NCBI GenBank assembly: GCA_041891055.1
Contig: CP169074.1
Span: forward strand, 864,001 to 928,000
DNA length: 64,000 bases
Direction: 5' to 3'
Source of the DNA: Halorutilales archaeon Cl-col2-1
Lineage (GTDB): Archaea; Halobacteriota; Halobacteria; Halobacteriales; Afararchaeaceae
Within the stretch, counting starts at the first letter, position 1. Every line of letters starts with the position of its first letter. Below are positions 50,936 through 60,429 of the stretch, one piece after another. The notes beneath the pieces are model-generated. The model did no database searches and was not told where the DNA came from. It saw nothing but the letters and a program-made list of their open reading frames with translations. A program made the translations under genes and the position numbers.

Positions 50936-51282
50936 TTAACGAGAGCGAGCCCTCGTTCGCACATCAGAACGCTTCGCGTTCTGAGGACGTTCGCTAATCT
51001 CTGATTAGCGTGCAAGCAAATCTTCGATTTGCATACGTTCAGAAATCAAAGATTTCTGAGCCCACGAGAGCAAAGCTCTCGGGACGTTCGCTAATCTCCG
51101 ATTAGCGAGCCATCAAACTCGTAGAGTTTGAGACGTTCACGAATCGGAAGATTCGCGTGCGTCCTCAGAAACTTCGTTTCCGGGCTTTCCACAAATCGAA
51201 GATTTGTGTAGTAGCCATTCGAAGAATGGCATACCTTCGGAATCAGAGATTCCGAGACACGAGAACGTAAGTTCTCGGGACG
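50936..51282. repeat. Array of ~50-bp double-hairpin units inside the IS left end
   Basis: Units 50936-50989, 50990-51037, 51038-51086, 51087-51135, 51136-~51235 (containing a nested inverted unit), 51236-51282; each is TT-hairpin-linker-hairpin-ACG. Confidence 0.85.
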
Positions 51283-51381
51283 GGAGTGAATCGCGTAAGC
51301 CCCGTGCCACAATCTCTGTGACTGTTGCCTGACTGAATACCCAACGTAAGTATTTAGTAGGGCAGAAACGTACAAATTCTT

Positions 51382-51525
51382 GTGCGAACGGAGATAGATA
51401 TGGAGCGCGGTGGGGACCTACACGAGCGAGTCAAAGAGTATGCTCGTGAGAATGGCATCCGCCATCCGCGTGCCTACCGCGAGCTAATTGAACAAGGGTT
51501 AGAGACGGATGGAAACAACGACTAA
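51382..51525 (+). CDS. 47-aa ribbon-helix-helix-like accessory protein of the IS
   Basis: Translated by hand: MRTEIDMERGGDLHERVKEYARENGIRHPRAYRELIEQGLETDGNND*; overlaps the tnpB start. Confidence 0.65.
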   Translation: MRTEIDMERGGDLHERVKEYARENGIRHPRAYRELIEQGLETDGNND

Positions 51526-52840
51526 GACGCTCGAAGCGACCCTCGCGCCGCCGACAGCACACAAGGAGCGGAAACTGTGTGACTTGCTCGAAACCTACCG
51601 TGAGGGCCTACACGAAGCGTTCGACGCCGGGTGTGACACGATGAGCGCAACCAGCGACGTGGTGACGCCCTACGACTTACCGTATCAGGCGAAAGCGGCC
51701 CTGTGCAACTACGTCCCACAACTGCACGAAACCTACGATGCACAGGAGTTAGACGACGACCACCCGGTTCGGCTCACCAACCAGTCCGCCGAGTTCGACC
51801 ACTCTCCGGCGCGTGACTACGAGTTTACGTGGTGGGTGCCCCAGCCCGGTCGCGGAACGAATTTCTGGATACCTCTTCGCATCAACCCCGAACAGGAGGA
51901 TCTGTGGCACGACGTCGTAGACGGAGACGCTTCGGCAGGCCAACTCCGCCTGCAACAGAATCGTACATCGTGGACGCTACACGTCACTGTCGAGTTTCCG
52001 GTCGAAGAACCCGACTACGCGACAGACGGCGACGACGTGACGCACATCGGTCTGGACATTGGTGAAACCGCCCTGATAACGGGCTGTGCCCTCAAGGACG
52101 GTTCACCAACTGGCCCGTTCGTGTGTGACGGGAGCCGTGCGAAGCATCTCCGAAAAGAGATGCACACCACCCTGAAACGACTCCAAGAGCGTGACGCCGC
52201 CGAGTGGCGGATTGACGAACGGTTCGACTACTACCAGAACGCACTCACGGACATCATAGAGAAGGCGTCTCGGCAGGCAATCGAGTACGCCCGGCAATTC
52301 GAGAAGCCGGTGCTGGTGATGGAAAATCTGACGTACATCCGCGAAGAATTGGACTACGGCGCGTACATGAACCGGCGACTCCATGCGTGGGCGTTCGCTC
52401 GGTTACAGAACCGCGTCGAGGACAAAGCGCGAGAGGCCGGTATCCCAGTCAAATACGTCCGACCGGAGTACACCAGCCAGACGTGCCACGAGTGCGGCCA
52501 CATCGGAAACAGAGCCGCACAAGCCACGTTCCGGTGTACCAACGACGAGTGCCACATTACGGCGTTTCAGGGCGACATAAACGGCGCAATCAACGTTGCA
52601 CAACGGGCTGACCCGTGGGGAGAGAGCGTGCCGCTGAAACCGGCAGGCAATGACTCGCCTCGGGATGGGAGTGCCTGTGACAGCACCACGACCTCGTTCG
52701 AGACGGCGGAGCCGTCTCGTGATCACGAAAGACGCGACGCGTCTTTCGAACGACACCGTGAGACGAGCGAGAAACACTCGCAAATGACTCTCTCGGCCTT
52801 CCACGGGTCGGAACCCTCTACCAGCGATAGCCGCACTTAG
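51509..52840 (+). CDS. tnpB: RNA-guided endonuclease TnpB
   Basis: RuvC I GLDIG, RuvC II VMENL, Zn finger TSQTCHECG..CTNDEC, RuvC III GDINGAINV. Confidence 0.95.
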   Translation: METTTKTLEATLAPPTAHKERKLCDLLETYREGLHEAFDAGCDTMSATSDVVTPYDLPYQAKAALCNYVPQLHETYDAQELDDDHPVRLTNQSAEFDHSPARDYEFTWWVPQPGRGTNFWIPLRINPEQEDLWHDVVDGDASAGQLRLQQNRTSWTLHVTVEFPVEEPDYATDGDDVTHIGLDIGETALITGCALKDGSPTGPFVCDGSRAKHLRKEMHTTLKRLQERDAAEWRIDERFDYYQNALTDIIEKASRQAIEYARQFEKPVLVMENLTYIREELDYGAYMNRRLHAWAFARLQNRVEDKAREAGIPVKYVRPEYTSQTCHECGHIGNRAAQATFRCTNDECHITAFQGDINGAINVAQRADPWGESVPLKPAGNDSPRDGSACDSTTTSFETAEPSRDHERRDASFERHRETSEKHSQMTLSAFHGSEPSTSDSRT

Positions 52841-52960
52841 CTGGTATTCCCCATGTGTGGGAAGCCGCGCCGTCATCGGACTTCGTCCGATTGCCTGAGG
52901 GATCTTCGATCCCTCTCCGTTCACGGCGCGGAGGATGTCACTCGGAGTTAGTGGCAGCCG
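52620..52960 (+). ncRNA. Predicted TnpB omega/reRNA region (boundaries approximate)
   Basis: Established overlap of reRNA with the tnpB 3' end and IS right end; guide would start after TCAC at 52941. Confidence 0.5.
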
Positions 52961-53382
52961 CACGATCCGCCGCCGTGTCCGCCTCCGCTTCTACTCCCAC
53001 AGCCACACGATCCAGACTTACTACCCGTCCCACACGAACACGACTCCTCGGTGAAGTTGGGGTTGTCGACGTCGAAGCCGGCTCCACTGCGCGACCTCAC
53101 GAACTCGACCGTGCCTCCTTCGACGGCTTCGTGAGACGACTCGTCTACCACGAATCTGATGCCGTCCGCCTCTACGACGTAGTCGGTCTCGTCGACCTCG
53201 TCGTCGAACCAGAGCTCGTACGTCGGCTCAGAACAGCATCCGCCGCCCTCGGCACGGAGACGTACGGCGTGTCCCTCAAGACCGTTCGAGTCCCTCATCT
53301 CCTTCGCCTTCTCAGCTGCAGTCTGTGTGACGTCTATGTCGGCTGTACGTGTCTGTTTCTGGTTTTGAGAATGAGTGCTCAT
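52948..53382 (-). CDS. HesB/IscA A-type Fe-S carrier with Cys-rich tail
   Basis: GGGCCSE..Y, GFDVDNPN..SCSCG, extra SCGCG..SCGCH. Confidence 0.85.
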   Translation of the reverse strand: MSTHSQNQKQTRTADIDVTQTAAEKAKEMRDSNGLEGHAVRLRAEGGGCCSEPTYELWFDDEVDETDYVVEADGIRFVVDESSHEAVEGGTVEFVRSRSGAGFDVDNPNFTEESCSCGTGSKSGSCGCGSRSGGGHGGGSCGCH

Positions 53383-53485
53383 GCAACTGTAGGTTGTGAC
53401 CTGCTAACATAAGTCTTCCGTGACTTCGAGTCAGACGTATCTCATCTCTTAAGTAGGTGAAATTCGTATATAGGTTACTGGTAAG

Positions 53486-54349
53486 ATGGAGAACAGATTC
53501 ACAGACAGGGTCGAGGCGGTCAACGACGAGATCGACACAGTCGCCTCGGAGATAACACCCGAGCCGCTCTCGGACGCCGTGAGACATATCTCTCTGAGCG
53601 GCGGCAAACGTCTCAGACCCATTCTCACGACCGTCGCATGTGAGGCGGTCGGGGGAGATCCGCTAGACTCCGACGCCGTGCGTCACGCCACAGCAGTCGA
53701 GCTAGTCCACACCTCGGCACTCGTCGCCGACGACATAATCGACAGGTCGGAGATACGAAGAGGTGTCTCCTCGGTACACGAGAAATACGGACATCCGATG
53801 GCTGTTCTTTCGAGTAACGTCCTCATAGGTGAGGCTTTCGACCTCATAGAGTCGTCAGAGGCGGCGGAGGTCATGACCGACGCGCTCGTGCGTCTTGGAG
53901 AGGGCGAGGCTCTCGAACTCACGGAGGGTCTCGAAACAGTCGACGACTACTTCGACCTCGCTTACAAGAAGACGGGGTCTCTCTTCCTCGCGGCGTGTAA
54001 GCTAGGCGCGGTCTCGGGTGACGCGTCTCAGGAAGAGATAAGGTCTGTCGGGGAGTACGGCAGGAACATGGGGATAGCCTTCCAGATAAGGGACGACATA
54101 CTCGACTTCACTTCGAACCCCGGTGACCTTGGTAAGCCCGTCGGGGAGGACGCTCTGATGGAGAGACCCTCGCTCGTGGTGATACATTCGAAAGCGAACG
54201 ACGTCACTGTGGAGGAGTCGATAGGGTTCGCACGTGAGAGAGCTATGTCGTACGTCGAGGACGCGAGGAGTTCGCTAGATACTCTCGACGAAGACGCCAC
54301 CGAGAGCCTTGAAGAGATAGCCGACTTCGTCGTCGAGAGAACGAAGTGA
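53486..54349 (+). CDS. idsA: Geranylgeranyl diphosphate synthase (polyprenyl synthetase)
   Basis: GGKRLRP, DDIID..RRG, KKTG, FQIRDDILD. Confidence 0.9.
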   Translation: MENRFTDRVEAVNDEIDTVASEITPEPLSDAVRHISLSGGKRLRPILTTVACEAVGGDPLDSDAVRHATAVELVHTSALVADDIIDRSEIRRGVSSVHEKYGHPMAVLSSNVLIGEAFDLIESSEAAEVMTDALVRLGEGEALELTEGLETVDDYFDLAYKKTGSLFLAACKLGAVSGDASQEEIRSVGEYGRNMGIAFQIRDDILDFTSNPGDLGKPVGEDALMERPSLVVIHSKANDVTVEESIGFARERAMSYVEDARSSLDTLDEDATESLEEIADFVVERTK

Positions 54350-54448
54350 AGTACTCCTTTCTTCGAGGACTGTTGGATACGGTACTATCGACGTAGTAGA
54401 TTTCACCGACACGTCAAACTTATATAGAGTAGTTTGTTAAGACTTGAC

Positions 54449-54763
54449 ATGGCTACAAAGAACGTTAGCCAGTGGGGGGAAGTCAGTACCGAAAACGTAG
54501 TTCTTCCGGTGGGGGTCTACCTCGGAGCCGTGGTATACAGCCTCGTATCCGTGGGGACATCGATGTCTCCGACTCCGGGGATGTTCGTGGCGGAGCTTCT
54601 CAAGTTCGGTCTGATAGGAACAGCGGGACTCGCCGTCTCGAACTACTGTACGTGTTTCAGCCGGTGTCCTTGTGGAGTGGTCGAGAGAGCCGTCAAGAAC
54701 ACGAAGATATACGCCGCGATAGGAGTTGTCTTAGGGGTTCTACTCGTAGCTGTCGTAGGGTAG
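54449..54763 (+). CDS. Small membrane protein with Cys cluster
   Basis: Three hydrophobic segments, YCTCFSRCPCG. Confidence 0.55.
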   Translation: MATKNVSQWGEVSTENVVLPVGVYLGAVVYSLVSVGTSMSPTPGMFVAELLKFGLIGTAGLAVSNYCTCFSRCPCGVVERAVKNTKIYAAIGVVLGVLLVAVVG

Positions 54764-54825
54764 GTTTAGCTGCGCCCTTCAGTACAGTAAGACCTAACTG
54801 TCGGCTTCCGTTTAATAAGATAGAG

Positions 54826-55176
54826 ATGCCAGAGCCAGAGTTCCGAAGGGACAGCCCTCTCAAGCTCAGACTCGCAGAAGAGATAGACATAGACCGGGTT
54901 ATAGACCTGTTCGACTCCGCACGTTACAAGATACGGCATCTCGAAAGAAAGAGATGGAACGTCTCAGACGACAGGGAGATGTCATTATTCGAGATAAAGA
55001 TAAGCGAGGACGAGAGGTCTGTCACGGTGGTTCCAAAGGAGAGTACGACACCGGGAAGTATACGTGACTGTTACGGTCTTCTCGACGAGGAGATAGGCGT
55101 AGAGGAAGCCGAGAGTCTCGAAGACGAGGAGTACATAGACGAAGACCTAGAGACCGACGCCGACGACGTCATCTGA
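54826..55176 (+). CDS. Hypothetical acidic protein
   Basis: MPEPEFRRD.. start preferred over the long ORF-track start; acidic C-terminus. Confidence 0.6.
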   Translation: MPEPEFRRDSPLKLRLAEEIDIDRVIDLFDSARYKIRHLERKRWNVSDDREMSLFEIKISEDERSVTVVPKESTTPGSIRDCYGLLDEEIGVEEAESLEDEEYIDEDLETDADDVI

Positions 55177-55179
55177 GAA

Positions 55180-56040
55180 TCAGTCGTCTCGGTGATCCGG
55201 GGATTCGTTGTCAGACTGAGACGTATCCGGACGCTCGTCCCGATGACGTACTAAGAGGACTGGCACACCGACCTTCTCGGATACTCTCTCGGGTACCTCT
55301 CCCATGAGTATGCTTTTTATAGAAGGCTCGGTCTCACCCATCACTACGACGTCGTAGTTCTTAGCGAACTCGGTGATCTCGCCCACAGGGTCGTCCGACT
55401 CGGCAACCTCAGTCTCTATCAGTGACGGGTCGATGCCCTCGTCGGTGAGTTTTTCCGAGCCGCCTCTGAGAAGAAGATCCCCCGACCCCTCGCCGTCCTC
55501 AGCTACGTGGACGAGCTTTACGACGGTCGTGTGTTGGTTGACGATACTCCCGACGACGTCGGCTATGCTGTCGAAGTTGACGTCACCTCTGACAGGTACG
55601 AGTATCCTCTCAACCTTCTCAGTGTTCTCGGGTACGAGAACTACGTCACAGTCCTCGTCGTCGGCTACCCTCTCGACAGTCTGTGTGCTGTCGTGTGTGA
55701 AGACGAGTGTGGACTCGACGTCCTCGGCGTACTCGCTGAATCCTTCAACTATGGCTTCGAGGGTATCCTGTGACTCGTCTCCGAACTGGTCGCGAGCCTG
55801 CTCAGAGGCGGTCTGCTCGGGGAGCTCGTAGTATCCGAGTATTAGTATGCCGAGTGGTGAGAGGAACTCGACGAGTGACGTGGGTATCTCCTGGGACTCG
55901 GGAAGCTCGACGGGTATTAGTATCCTCGGCTTCGAATCAGGTCTTGGCTCCGAATCAGTCGCTGTACCCATGTCTGTCTCCGTCTCAGTACGCCGTGGTT
56001 CGTCGTCTTGTGTGTCTCGGCTCATGTCATACCACATCAC
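55180..56040 (-). CDS. Tandem universal stress domain protein
   Basis: RILIPV / RILVPV, VVMGE..GEVP..PVLLVR; coupled to the APC permease gene. Confidence 0.85.
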   Translation of the reverse strand: MMWYDMSRDTQDDEPRRTETETDMGTATDSEPRPDSKPRILIPVELPESQEIPTSLVEFLSPLGILILGYYELPEQTASEQARDQFGDESQDTLEAIVEGFSEYAEDVESTLVFTHDSTQTVERVADDEDCDVVLVPENTEKVERILVPVRGDVNFDSIADVVGSIVNQHTTVVKLVHVAEDGEGSGDLLLRGGSEKLTDEGIDPSLIETEVAESDDPVGEITEFAKNYDVVVMGETEPSIKSILMGEVPERVSEKVGVPVLLVRHRDERPDTSQSDNESPDHRDD

Positions 56041-57386
56041 GTTTCATCTTTTAATCTGACCCCCCTTCCGTAGACGAGATACCACACACCGGCTCCCAGT
56101 ATCACCGCGGTACCGACGAGGCGGGAGGTAGGCTGCATGAAGGCGATCAGAGCGAAGCTCGACAGACCTCCTAAGAGTGGCAGAACCGGATACGCAGGCG
56201 CGGTATAGTCGGGACTGTACCAGTCGGGGTTCCGGCGTCTGAGGGAGATCAGAACGAAACAGATCAGCCCGTACATCACGAGATGGAGGAAAGACGCGAC
56301 CTCGGCTAGAAGCTCGACCTCGCCGGTTGCGACGAGGAAGACGATGGGTCCTCCCGAGAGCATGAGAGAGATATGCGGGGTGTTGTACTTCCGGTTGAGC
56401 TTCCCAGCCTTCGAGGGTAGTAGCTTGTCACGGCTGAGGGCGTAGACCATCCTCGAAGCCCCGAGTATCGAGGCGTTCGCACTCGAAACTGTGGCGAGGA
56501 GCCCCGCGAAGGTCAGCGCAACGGCACCACCTTTTCCGAGAGATCCCCGTGCGACTTCGACTATCGCGGTCTCACCGAGCCTCGAAAGTTCTTGACTTCC
56601 CGTGAGGCTAGTCGTGACGAAGACCGTGAGGACGTAGAGGGTTCCGACGACTACGACGCTCCCCACCATAGCGCGCGGTAGATTCGTGCTCGGCTCCTTT
56701 ATGTCTCCGGCGACAGTGGCTATCTGTGCGAAGCCAAGGTACGAGGTGAAGACAAGTGCCGCGGTCTCGAAGATAGGGGGGTAGCCGTAGGGGGCGAACT
56801 CCTCGGGAACAGTCGCCCTCCCGAATACACCGAACGAGTCGAGGAGCGCGTAGCCGAGGAAGATGCTGAGTATCATGAGGAGGACAGTTACGACTCCGCT
56901 CTGGAGGTCACCCGTCTTCTCCGTGCCGGTTATGCTCAGAGCCGTGAGAAAGACGCCGACGACGACAGCCATGACCTCGGGTCCGACACTCACCCCGATC
57001 CCGAGTTCAGAGAGGGTCGACAGGGCGTAGCTCCCGAAGCCGACGAGGTAGAACGCCGCCGCGAATATGAGACCCGTCCATACTCCTATACCTATAAGAG
57101 CACCTGCGGGCGCTCCGAATCCCCGCGAGATGAAGTAGTAGCCGCCGCCGCTCTTCGGCATCGCTGTCGCGAGCTCTGAGGTCGGGAGAGCGACGAGAAG
57201 GGCAATCACGGCGCCAATTCCGAAGGAAGCCGCCGCGGCGACACCCGCCCTCCCAGCAGCAAGACCCGGGAAGACGAATATTCCCGCTCCGACCATCGTC
57301 CCGACTCCTATCGCCAGAGCACCCCCGAGACTGAGAGTTCGCTCTAGCTCTCTTTGGTCGTCGTTCCCCGGTATCTGTGTAGCCAT
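56037..57386 (-). CDS. APC-family amino acid permease
   Basis: [32 protein letters not shown], 12 TM. Confidence 0.9.
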   Translation of the reverse strand: MATQIPGNDDQRELERTLSLGGALAIGVGTMVGAGIFVFPGLAAGRAGVAAAASFGIGAVIALLVALPTSELATAMPKSGGGYYFISRGFGAPAGALIGIGVWTGLIFAAAFYLVGFGSYALSTLSELGIGVSVGPEVMAVVVGVFLTALSITGTEKTGDLQSGVVTVLLMILSIFLGYALLDSFGVFGRATVPEEFAPYGYPPIFETAALVFTSYLGFAQIATVAGDIKEPSTNLPRAMVGSVVVVGTLYVLTVFVTTSLTGSQELSRLGETAIVEVARGSLGKGGAVALTFAGLLATVSSANASILGASRMVYALSRDKLLPSKAGKLNRKYNTPHISLMLSGGPIVFLVATGEVELLAEVASFLHLVMYGLICFVLISLRRRNPDWYSPDYTAPAYPVLPLLGGLSSFALIAFMQPTSRLVGTAVILGAGVWYLVYGRGVRLKDET

Positions 57387-57435
57387 CTATCTCCGAATCG
57401 GTCTTCGCGGGTTAAAGTCCTTCGTCTACCGACTT

Positions 57436-57654
57436 CTATACTTCACACGTGTCGACGCCGAGTATTGAGTAGAGCCAGCAGCTCCTCGTGAAAGCGGTTC
57501 CGAGCATCAGTATAGCGACTATGCCGAGTATCGGCGAGAGTATCATCGGAAGGCTCTGTACCATTCCTCCGAGCATCGCCAACGAGACGACTCCCGCGAC
57601 GGCACCGATTACTATACGTACTATGCTGTCGGCTTTCCCCACGTTTTGCTCCAT
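57436..57654 (-). CDS. DUF2892/YgaP-like membrane protein
   Basis: NVGKADSIVR..two TMs..CWLYSILGVDTC. Confidence 0.85.
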   Translation of the reverse strand: MEQNVGKADSIVRIVIGAVAGVVSLAMLGGMVQSLPMILSPILGIVAILMLGTAFTRSCWLYSILGVDTCEV

Positions 57655-57751
57655 AGTGCGTGTCTACAGTCTTGAATACAATAATAGTTAGGGCGAAAAG
57701 CCAGGACAGGTCGAAAGCTATAACTTGAGCACAGGACTACTTCGGATCACA

Positions 57752-57826
57752 GGGCGCGTAGCTCAGTTTGGACAGAGCATCGGACTTCTAATCCGACGGC
57801 CGGGGGTTCAAATCCCTCCGCGCCCG
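57752..57826 (+). tRNA. tRNA-Arg (anticodon TCT)
   Basis: Acceptor GGGCGCG/CGCGCCC, anticodon arm TCGGA-CTTCTAA-TCCGA, T-loop GGTTCAAATCC; no encoded CCA. Confidence 0.97.
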
Positions 57827-57835
57827 TTCCTCTTC

Positions 57836-58669
57836 TCAGTTCTTCCCTCTCAGAGACTTCGAGAGTTCGGCGGCTATCCTCGGCTTCGATGGCTTGACCT
57901 GTGTCTCGTAGACTATCTCAGGTCTCTCGTATATCCTCTCGGCTGTCCATTTATAAAGCCTCGACGAGAGTATGACGGGAACCCTGACCCTGTAAGGTAT
58001 ATAGCCGAAGCCCTCCTCGGCTTTCTCCTGCCAGTCCCGGTACCTCTCGATCTGTCGACGCACGAACTCCCTGAAGCAGTCTGTCTTCGACATCGCCTCG
58101 TCCTCGGTGAGACTCTTGAGACCGTATCTCTCGATCTCCTCGCGCGGCATATACCTCCTTCCCATCTGTCTATCCTCCTGTATGTCACGTATGAAGTTAC
58201 AGTACTGCATCGACCTGCCGAGCATCTTTGCGTTCTCTCTCGCCTCGGATCTCAGCCCGAGGACACTCCACATCATCAGACCTATCACCTCAGCGGAGCC
58301 GTGTATATATTCGAGTGTCTCGTCGAGGCTGTCGTACTCCGTCTTCTTGGTGTCCTTCTCCATCGAGTCTAAGAAGGACTCGACCCAACTTCTCTCGAAG
58401 CCGTTGTCGCGTGCGACCCTCAGAAAGAGGTCGACGGTCTTGTTCCCCGACTCCCCCGACTCCCAGTTGTCGAAGGTCATACGTCTGAAGTCGAGGAGTG
58501 CGTGTCTGTCCTGGGGCATCTCGTCTACGAAGTCGTCGGCAGTCCTGACGTAGGCGTAGAGCCTGAAGACGTCCCTTCTGACGTCGGACGGGAAAAAGAG
58601 GCTACTGTAGTAGTACGAGGTCGAGTTCTGACTAAAGGTTCTCCTTATCTCGGGATCTATCTCTGACAT
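57836..58669 (-). CDS. crtB: Phytoene synthase
   Basis: LYAYVRTADDFVDE, QYCNFIRDIQED..GRRYMP. Confidence 0.92.
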   Translation of the reverse strand: MSEIDPEIRRTFSQNSTSYYYSSLFFPSDVRRDVFRLYAYVRTADDFVDEMPQDRHALLDFRRMTFDNWESGESGNKTVDLFLRVARDNGFERSWVESFLDSMEKDTKKTEYDSLDETLEYIHGSAEVIGLMMWSVLGLRSEARENAKMLGRSMQYCNFIRDIQEDRQMGRRYMPREEIERYGLKSLTEDEAMSKTDCFREFVRRQIERYRDWQEKAEEGFGYIPYRVRVPVILSSRLYKWTAERIYERPEIVYETQVKPSKPRIAAELSKSLRGKN

Positions 58670-58927
58670 CTGGTGTCCTGGTTAGGCGCGGAGGAGTCCC
58701 TGGTCTTCGTGTCGATTTTGACGGCTTATTCCCCGGTGTACTCTCGCGGCAGAATTCCCTGCTGGCTCGTGTCGGGTGTATTTACACAAGGAGATTCCTC
58801 TGTGTATTATCGTCTCTCAGAACATTAATCTCTTTTGGTGGTGTAGCCCAAACCCGAAGACCGCGATGAGGTCGACCTGTAGGTTCGCCCACAGTAGCTT
58901 TTTAAATTCGACTCCCGAATACACAGC

Positions 58928-60424
58928 ATGGCGACCGAAGACGGGGGTAGAGAAAGCGATGCGGACGTTGTGGTTGTGGGTGGTGGCATAGGCGGTCTCT
59001 CGGCGTCGGCTTTCCTGTCGAAGAAGGGATACAGGGTCGAGTTGGTCGAGAAAAACGCCTCTGTCGGCGGCAGAGCGTCTGTCTTCGAGGAGGACGGCTT
59101 TAGGTTCGACATGGGACCGTCGTGGTACCTGATGCCCGACATCTTCGACAGGTTCTTCGCGAAGTTCGGACGTGAGACGGAGGAGTACTACTCCCTCAAC
59201 AGGCTTGACCCCAACTACCGAATATTCTTCAAGGACGGTGACCGGGTCGACGTTCCAGCGAGTCCCGACAAGGCAGCGAGACTCTTCGAGAGCTACGAGG
59301 ACGGAGCCGGAGAGGCGTTCAGGAAATACCTTGAGAAGTCAGAGGAGACCTATGAGATAGGAATGAACGAGTTCGTCCTAGAGGACAGAAACAGGATACG
59401 TGACTACCTCTCTCTCGACGTCCTTCGGAACGCACGGGGTATCAGTCTTCTCAAGAAGATGCAGGATCACGTCGAGGAGTACTTCGAGAACCCGAAGCTA
59501 CAGCAGATCACCCAGTACACGCTCGTCTTCCTCGGCGGAGCACCTTACAACACTCCGGCTCTCTACAGCCTCATGAGCCACGTCGACTTCAACATGGGTG
59601 TCTACTACCCCGAGGGAGGCATCTACTCGGTGATGGAGGCTCTGAGAGAGCTCGCCGAGGAAGAGGGAGTCGAGTTTTCGTTGGGAGAGGAGGTAACCAC
59701 GATAGACCGTTCAGACGGCCAGGTCGTAGTCGAGACCAAGAACCGAAGTATAGACTGTGACGCCGTCGTCTCGAACGCCGACTACGCCCACACTGAGACA
59801 CAGCTTCTACCCGACGAGTACACGACCCACGACTCCGACTACTGGGACTCAAGGACTTACGCGCCGTCGGCTTTCCTCGTCTACCTCGGAGTCGATAAGG
59901 AGCTACCCGAACTCGAACACCACTCTCTCGTGCTTCCCGAGAACTGGAACCCGCATTTCGAGTCGATATTCGACAGTCCGTCTCTTCCCGACGATCCTGC
60001 CTACTATATCTGTAACCCGACACGTACCGACGACACCGTCGCTCCCGAGGGCAAGTCGGCGATATTCGTCCTCGTCCCGATAGCCGCCGAACTCAGCCTG
60101 ACAGACGACGAGAGACAGGAGTTCCGTGACGCGGTCATAGACGACATAGAGGAGAACACCGGCGTCGAACTCAGAGACAGGATAGAGTACGAGAGGATCT
60201 TCGCGGGCAGGGAGTTCCAGAGTAGGTACAACAGCTACAACGGTACCGCCCTCGGAATAGCCCACACTCTGAGGCAGACGTCTGTTCTGAGACCCAAACA
60301 GAGATCGAAGAAGATGGAGGGTCTCTACTACGTCGGTCAGTACACCAACCCGGGTATAGGGATGCCGATGTGTCTCATAAGCGGAGAACACGTAGCCGAG
60401 AAGGTCGAGAACGACATCGGGTGA
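58928..60424 (+). CDS. crtD: Phytoene desaturase-family carotenoid 3,4-desaturase
   Basis: VGGGIGGL, FDMGPSWY, PGIGMPMCLISG; first gene of the crtD-lyeJ-cruF triad. Confidence 0.85.
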   Translation: MATEDGGRESDADVVVVGGGIGGLSASAFLSKKGYRVELVEKNASVGGRASVFEEDGFRFDMGPSWYLMPDIFDRFFAKFGRETEEYYSLNRLDPNYRIFFKDGDRVDVPASPDKAARLFESYEDGAGEAFRKYLEKSEETYEIGMNEFVLEDRNRIRDYLSLDVLRNARGISLLKKMQDHVEEYFENPKLQQITQYTLVFLGGAPYNTPALYSLMSHVDFNMGVYYPEGGIYSVMEALRELAEEEGVEFSLGEEVTTIDRSDGQVVVETKNRSIDCDAVVSNADYAHTETQLLPDEYTTHDSDYWDSRTYAPSAFLVYLGVDKELPELEHHSLVLPENWNPHFESIFDSPSLPDDPAYYICNPTRTDDTVAPEGKSAIFVLVPIAAELSLTDDERQEFRDAVIDDIEENTGVELRDRIEYERIFAGREFQSRYNSYNGTALGIAHTLRQTSVLRPKQRSKKMEGLYYVGQYTNPGIGMPMCLISGEHVAEKVENDIG

Positions 60425-60429
60425 CCCGA

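Larger units (their letters stand above)
50859..52941 (+). mobile_element. IS1341-type (IS200/IS605 family, TnpB-only) element
   Basis: TTGAT target motif at 50854-50858; left-end stem GAATCCCGCCCT..AGGGCG..GGAGTGAATCGCG; right-end hairpin GCCGCGCCG..CGGCGCGG followed by ..TCAC at 52941; no tnpA. Confidence 0.85.

Noticed and set aside
50936-51282. CRISPR array
   Set aside because: No constant direct repeat with unique spacers; every segment is itself a palindrome; no cas genes in the window.
51091-51375. ORFs across the hairpin array (also 50818-51015)
   Set aside because: Products of palindromic repeats with no protein-like features.
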